Assembly: GCA_963650175.1 (NCBI GenBank)
Contig: CAVJLK010000003.1
Location: 8,465 to 72,464 of the forward strand
DNA: 64,000 nucleotides
Direction: 5' to 3'
From: Ruminococcus sp. CAG:579
Lineage (GTDB): Archaea > Thermoplasmatota > Thermoplasmata > Methanomassiliicoccales > Methanomethylophilaceae
The notes beneath the pieces are model-generated. The model did no database searches. It was not told the DNA's origin and saw only the letters and a program-made list of their open reading frames with translations. Shown piece after piece: positions 59,623-64,000 of this stretch. The position numbers and the translations under genes were made by a program. Position 1 is the stretch's first letter. Each line of letters begins with the position of its first letter.

Positions 59623-60936
59623 TTGTTCAAATACAAGCATCACGTCCTCCCATCCGTGACGCTCACTCCGGAAGGATACCTCCCCAGACTGGCCGAGAAA
59701 CAGCTGAGGGCACGTCTGAGAACCGCCGGCGCGATCTGCATCGAGGGACCGAAATCTTGCGGGAAGACCTGGTGCGCCAGGAATCTGGCGGAGAGCGAAT
59801 ACGCTCTGGACGACCCGGAAGGCGGTTTCGCGAACCTCAAGATCGCCGAGATCGATCCCATCAGCCCCCTCGATAGAGAGAAGCCCCGTCTGATCGACGA
59901 ATGGCAGAGGATCCCGGGGATATGGGACGCAGTCCGTTCCACCGTCGACCGGGAGAACCGCTCCGGGAGATTCATCCTGTGCAATTCCGTGCTTGCGGAT
60001 CGTCCCGGGAATTCGCATTCGGAGACTGGGGACATCATAACGACGAGACTGCACACCATGTCTCTGTTCGAGTCCGGGGACTCGATCGGTGCGATATCGC
60101 TGAAGGGGCTGTTTGATGGGGAGTTCAAGAACACGTCCGGCGAACCCGCATCCTTGGACGATCTCGCGAGGCTCGTCGTCCGCGGAGGATGGCCCGGTCT
60201 CCTCGGCATGCCCGAGAAGGATGCCTCAACCGCCCTCCGGGAGATGATTTCCGACATATGTGGAGATGCCGAGAAGGTCGACGGGAGGAGAAGGAACGCG
60301 CTGAAGCTCGACAGGACCTTCCGGACCCTCGCCAGGAACGAGAGCACTCTGGTGGCCAAGACGCGGATCGCATCAGATGTCCGCACGTTCTATGGCGTGG
60401 AAGTGGAGGAGGAGACGGTCGCGGAGTATCTGGATGTCCTCCGGAAGCTGTTCCTGACCGAGGACCAGCCCGCGTACCGTCCGGACTACAGGTCCCCGGT
60501 GAAGGTCGTGAGGAAACCCAAGAGGCACCTCGCCGACCCCTCGCTCGCCGTCGCAGCCATAGGATTGGATTCCGGTTCCCTGAAATGGGATCTGGACACC
60601 TTCGAATCCGTGTTCGAGGCCATGTGCGAGAGGGACCTGAGGGTGTATGCCCAGACATTCGGAGGAGATCTCTATCATTACAGGGACCACAGCGGCCGGG
60701 AGATCGATGCCGTGGTGGAAATTCCTGGGAAAGGATGGGGTGCATTCGGGATCGAACTGGGGAGCAACAGGACAGATGATGCCGCGGAGGATCTCAAGAG
60801 CATCGATCGGTTCATCCGGAAGGACGGGAAGGCGAAACCGCCCCAATTCCTCTGCGTCATAAGCGGAACCGAAGGGTACGCGTACCGCAGACCCGACGGG
60901 GTGTACGTCGTCCCGATCTGCATGCTCGGACCGTGA
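59623..60936 (+). CDS. AAA ATPase of the AAA_14 + DUF4143 type (COG1373-like)
   Basis: Walker A GPKSCGKT, Walker B-like RLIDEWQ, and a C-terminal region with a restriction-endonuclease-like E.D...E pattern (GREIDAVVE). GTG at 59656 is a plausible start. Confidence 0.75.
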   Translation: MFKYKHHVLPSVTLTPEGYLPRLAEKQLRARLRTAGAICIEGPKSCGKTWCARNLAESEYALDDPEGGFANLKIAEIDPISPLDREKPRLIDEWQRIPGIWDAVRSTVDRENRSGRFILCNSVLADRPGNSHSETGDIITTRLHTMSLFESGDSIGAISLKGLFDGEFKNTSGEPASLDDLARLVVRGGWPGLLGMPEKDASTALREMISDICGDAEKVDGRRRNALKLDRTFRTLARNESTLVAKTRIASDVRTFYGVEVEEETVAEYLDVLRKLFLTEDQPAYRPDYRSPVKVVRKPKRHLADPSLAVAAIGLDSGSLKWDLDTFESVFEAMCERDLRVYAQTFGGDLYHYRDHSGREIDAVVEIPGKGWGAFGIELGSNRTDDAAEDLKSIDRFIRKDGKAKPPQFLCVISGTEGYAYRRPDGVYVVPICMLGP

Positions 60937-60962
60937 GTCCCGAGACCGAAATAACCGCATAA

Positions 60963-61009
60963 TGTTGATAGAATTCTCAACAAAATAATTAGTTGAAAAA
61001 TTATTCAAC
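60963..61009. promoter_or_regulatory. Two adjacent palindromes, TGTTGA-N8-TCAACA and GTTGA-N8-TCAAC, in the AT-rich region upstream of the DUF234 ATPase gene
   Basis: tgttgaTAGAATTCtcaaca (60963..60982) and gttgaAAAATTATtcaac (60992..61009). The same half-site also forms a palindrome at 1102..1126. Confidence 0.3.
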
Positions 61010-61048
61010 ATTGGTATCATTCAAATACCGCCCCCACCATCACGTACC

Positions 61049-63346
61049 ATGGACGGCATCATAGGACGCGAGAAGGAGCTCTCCCAGCTGGAGTCGATGT
61101 ACGCGCGTGAGGGGTTCAAGGGCCTGGTGGTCTACGGGAGGAGGCGCATAGGCAAGACCACCATCCTCGAGAACTTCATCAAGGACAAACGCGCCCTAAT
61201 GGTCTATTCGTCCCAGGCCTCGTACTACGAGAACTTCATGAGGCTGAAGCGCAGCGCGTCCACGTTCCTGAAACGCGACATCTCCGAGATCGAGTCCTTC
61301 TCCGAGGTCATGGACCTGATAGCCGACGACTGCCTGTCCAACGGCGGGATCGTCGTGTTCGACGAGTTCCCGTATCTAATCGAGGAGGTCCCGTTCATCC
61401 CCTCCGTCATGCAGCTGTTCGTGGACCGCCTCAGGAACAGCGATGCGATGGTGATCCTATGCGGATCCTCCGTGTCCATGCTGCTGAAGGAGGTCCACGA
61501 TTCCGGCAGACCGCTGTACCAGAGATTCGGCCTCGAGATGGAGGTGGGGCCCCTGTCCCTCCGCGAATGCAAGGCGTTCCATCCCGGCATGGACGACCTC
61601 GAAGCCCTCAAGGTCTACATGCTCGTGGGAGGCGTCCCCCAGTACCACCTGGATATGGACCGCCCCACGTTCAGGGAATGCGTCGAGACCTGCTTCCTGA
61701 GCGGTACGGGAGTGCTGAGGAACGAATACGCGAGCATCGTCTCCGAGCTCAGACCGGCCCCTGACTACTCGGAGGTGGTCGCATGCATCGGGAACGGCGT
61801 GACGAAGCAATCCAAGATCGCCTCGAAGCTCCAGTTGGACAAGGGGGAGCTGAGCAGGCGCCTGAAGAAGCTGGAGGGGATCGGGATAGTATCCAGATCG
61901 CATCCGATGCTGAACGCCCCGAAGAAGCCCGTCTACCGCATATCCGACGGGATCGTCTCGTTCCAGTACGAGGTGCTGGAGCGCTTCGACGCATCCAGCA
62001 TGATCTCCTGGAGCGGACGGGAGAAGTACGGACTCATGGAGCAGGCCATCGACAGCTTCCTCGGACACAGGTTCGAGGACGTCTGCGCGGAGTTCCTCAG
62101 GACTGAGTACCGGACGACCGAGGTCGGGAGATGGTGGGGCCGGATCGAGACGGACGACGGGTCCGAGGACGAGGACATCGACATCGTGGCCGAAGCCTCG
62201 GACAGGAACGGGCACGGATGCATGCTCGCCGCCGAATGCAAGTTCCGCAGGAGGGGGGCCAACCACGGCGACCTCTGCAACCTGCAGAGACGCTGGAGGT
62301 CCACCGGCGAGAGGAATCAGCCGAAATACATCGTGTTCTCCGCCATGGGATTCAACGATGAGCTCGTAGAGGATTCGGAGGACGGCCTCGTGACTCTGTT
62401 CGGATTGGAGGACCTCATGGGGAGGACCGAGCTCCCGGACCTCGACGGTCTGAGGCACGCCCGACGGTCAGCTCTTGTCGTCCTTGACGCTGTCGACCAG
62501 CCTCTGGTTGATCCCGTCGGCCTCCTCGCTGGGGAGGAGCATGGTGGTGATCTCCATGAACGGGTGCTTCGAACCCTCGATGATCTTCACATCGTCCAAG
62601 GAATGCAGCCCCCAGCGCTCGGCGGTCTTCTCCAGACCGATCTTGGTCTCGAAGTCGTTGGGGACGAGGACGATGGCCTTGAAATCCTTCAGTCCGAGCT
62701 TCTTGGCGGCCATTATCCTGTGGTGGCCGTCCACCAGGAGGAACCCCTCGCGCCTCTCCACGACGATCAGGGGCTCGTTGAGCCCCCTCTTCAGCTCGTA
62801 CTGGCGGCCGATGAGCTCGTCCATGTAGACCTCCTTCTGGGTCGGGATGATCTGATCGACGGGGATGTCCTTGTTGACCACCTTGAACCTGAGGCCGTTC
62901 TGCTGCTCCAGGAAGTTCTTGACGGACATGACCTTCCCCGGACGGGACTTCTCGATCTGGGAGCGGACGATGTCGATGTTGGATATGATGCCCACCAGCT
63001 TCTTGTCGTCGTCCACCACGGGAAGGTTCCTGAGACCGTACCTGAACAGGATGCGGGTGGCATCGTCCGTGGACATGGACGGGATGGCGCACAGGGTTCC
63101 CCTCTTCATGACCGAGCGGATCTTGGCGTTGGGCTTGTCTATGTGCCTCAGGAGCTCCTTGGCGGTGACGAATCCCAGGAGATATCCTTTCTCGGTTATC
63201 GGGAATCCGTGGAAGTTGGAGTTGATGATCTCCTGCCTCACCTGCTCGACCGTCATGTCCGGGCTGATCGTGTGGACGTTCCGGACCATGTACTCTCCGA
63301 CTGTGGCTTCTGGCATCGGGGTGGGGATTCGAGTGGTACGATATGA
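61049..63346 (+). CDS. Archaeal ATPase (PF01637-like AAA) with a DUF234-type C-terminus. The recognisable part ends near 62450, but the ORF stays open to 63346.
   Basis: IIGREKELSQLESMY...VVYGRRRIGKTTIL (Walker A), VVFDEFPYL (Walker B), and a wHTH-like region (SKIASKLQLDKGELSRRLKKLEGIGIV). The tail lies antisense to the CBS-ParB gene. Confidence 0.7.
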   Translation: MDGIIGREKELSQLESMYAREGFKGLVVYGRRRIGKTTILENFIKDKRALMVYSSQASYYENFMRLKRSASTFLKRDISEIESFSEVMDLIADDCLSNGGIVVFDEFPYLIEEVPFIPSVMQLFVDRLRNSDAMVILCGSSVSMLLKEVHDSGRPLYQRFGLEMEVGPLSLRECKAFHPGMDDLEALKVYMLVGGVPQYHLDMDRPTFRECVETCFLSGTGVLRNEYASIVSELRPAPDYSEVVACIGNGVTKQSKIASKLQLDKGELSRRLKKLEGIGIVSRSHPMLNAPKKPVYRISDGIVSFQYEVLERFDASSMISWSGREKYGLMEQAIDSFLGHRFEDVCAEFLRTEYRTTEVGRWWGRIETDDGSEDEDIDIVAEASDRNGHGCMLAAECKFRRRGANHGDLCNLQRRWRSTGERNQPKYIVFSAMGFNDELVEDSEDGLVTLFGLEDLMGRTELPDLDGLRHARRSALVVLDAVDQPLVDPVGLLAGEEHGGDLHERVLRTLDDLHIVQGMQPPALGGLLQTDLGLEVVGDEDDGLEILQSELLGGHYPVVAVHQEEPLAPLHDDQGLVEPPLQLVLAADELVHVDLLLGRDDLIDGDVLVDHLEPEAVLLLQEVLDGHDLPRTGLLDLGADDVDVGYDAHQLLVVVHHGKVPETVPEQDAGGIVRGHGRDGAQGSPLHDRADLGVGLVYVPQELLGGDESQEISFLGYRESVEVGVDDLLPHLLDRHVRADRVDVPDHVLSDCGFWHRGGDSSGTI
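62468..63316 (-). CDS. CBS-domain pair fused to a ParB-like nuclease (ParBc) domain
   Basis: Two CBS repeats (VHTISPDMTV...GFPITEKGYLLGFVT and AIPSMSTDDA...LPVVDDDKKLVGIIS), followed by the LLVDGHHRIMAAKKLG ParB box. Confidence 0.8.
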   Translation of the reverse strand: MPEATVGEYMVRNVHTISPDMTVEQVRQEIINSNFHGFPITEKGYLLGFVTAKELLRHIDKPNAKIRSVMKRGTLCAIPSMSTDDATRILFRYGLRNLPVVDDDKKLVGIISNIDIVRSQIEKSRPGKVMSVKNFLEQQNGLRFKVVNKDIPVDQIIPTQKEVYMDELIGRQYELKRGLNEPLIVVERREGFLLVDGHHRIMAAKKLGLKDFKAIVLVPNDFETKIGLEKTAERWGLHSLDDVKIIEGSKHPFMEITTMLLPSEEADGINQRLVDSVKDDKS

Positions 63347-63508
63347 ACGCGTCGGAGGTTTCCGGGACAGGATACCGATGGATCCCGGTTCCGGACGGGA
63401 TGTCCGGGTGCATAGGGGGTCCCGCGGAATGGAATGGCCGCGGGACCGGTTTGCATGTATGGAGCAGGGGGCCGTCGCGGGATCGGACGGCGTCCCTGCG
63501 GGTCGCTC

Positions 63509-64000
63509 TCACCTCTTCCTGGAGACGGCCAGAACCGCCAATTCGGCGATGATAGCGACGATGATGGCGATCAGCAGGATGGTTTTTCCATCGACACCCG
63601 ACCCGGATCCATCCTTCTCGTCGACGACGACCTCTATCGCATCGTCCCCATCGTCCGGTATGATCGGGACAAAACCGGATGTCCAGACCGCCTGCAGGGT
63701 CACGTCGGAACTCAGATCTATGGTCCCGCCCGGGAGGACTGCATCGTTCCCGCACCTCCATTCCTTGAACGTGCATCCGTTCTTGGTCGGGACGGTCGAC
63801 GGGACCGTGTACGTCCCTTCTTGCGCCGCAACCGTATCGCCATGTTCCCATGTCCCTCCTTTGAGGTTGAAGGTCACAGTATGGCCCCATACTGCCGTCA
63901 GGGTGATGCTCCCCTCCACGGTGATGCTGTCACCCGGATGGTACATTCCGGTCCCGTCGGACCATCCCACGAACGTGGAGCCCTCCTTCATCGACATGGA
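63509..64000 (-). CDS. Surface protein, C-terminal part (Listeria/Bacteroides-type Flg_new repeats plus a C-terminal TM anchor). The gene continues beyond the window.
   Basis: Repeats FVGWSDGTGMYHPGDSITVEGSITLTAVW and CTFKEWRCGNDAVLPGGTIDLSSDVTLQAVW, then the anchor LLIAIIVAIIAELAVLAVSRKR. Confidence 0.65.
   Translation of the reverse strand, partial: SMSMKEGSTFVGWSDGTGMYHPGDSITVEGSITLTAVWGHTVTFNLKGGTWEHGDTVAAQEGTYTVPSTVPTKNGCTFKEWRCGNDAVLPGGTIDLSSDVTLQAVWTSGFVPIIPDDGDDAIEVVVDEKDGSGSGVDGKTILLIAIIVAIIAELAVLAVSRKR

Overview
The window is a visibly GC-rich archaeal chromosomal segment; GC content was not computed. The gene content fits a methyl-reducing methanogen of the Methanomassiliicoccales/Thermoplasmata type. 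Supporting genes are the Rpo7-Spt4-DPCK-S24e-S27ae block, Dph5, Dys, a Hef helicase, an MtaA-type methyltransferase, a 4-subunit PFOR, PEP synthase and ADP-forming acetyl-CoA synthetase. Stop usage is dominated by TGA, and no confident CDS ends in TAG.

Main blocks, in order:
- 1-3770: nikR (partial), an IS1634-like transposase remnant and hypF.
- 3767-10453: a corrinoid salvage and nucleotide-loop cluster (ApgM-like metalloenzyme, cobT, cobY, cobS, cbiZ, cbiB, cobD).
- 10524-16236: tRNA-Arg, a ribosomal/transcription block, dys, an IDH-like gene, an mtaA-like gene and tRNA-Leu.
- 16366-21853: a small accessory stretch (fused tandem paralogs, S66 peptidase), then dcd, an RNA ligase, tag and trm5.
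- 21850-27723: a BtuCDF-like ABC importer whose permease is fused to a beta-propeller, with four DUF4430-like domains across three proteins.
- 27915-35366: dph5, acd and a sulfur/Fe-S neighbourhood (CMD, IscA, HPP, ThiF, LarE).
- 35371-44298: a complete type I-C CRISPR-Cas locus (16 repeats, cas2-cas1-cas4-cas7-cas8c-cas5-cas3) on a lower-GC island.
- 44526-50782: a GlnPQ-type amino-acid ABC importer, a ThiI-like gene plus a radical SAM gene, and Rrf2.
- 50815-53811: a Hef helicase, then a low-GC islet with a GNAT-toxin-like gene and a duplicated small partner ORF.
- 53877-64000: porBADG, ppsA, two AAA ATPases (DUF4143 and DUF234 types), a CBS-ParB protein and a partial surface protein.

A recurrent oddity is that several genes have ORFs that stay open far past the end of their recognisable domain and run into the neighbouring gene. 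Many long ORFs in the track are off-frame or antisense shadows of real genes, which is typical of GC-rich DNA. All coordinates come from the ORF track plus my own hand translation; no searches were run.
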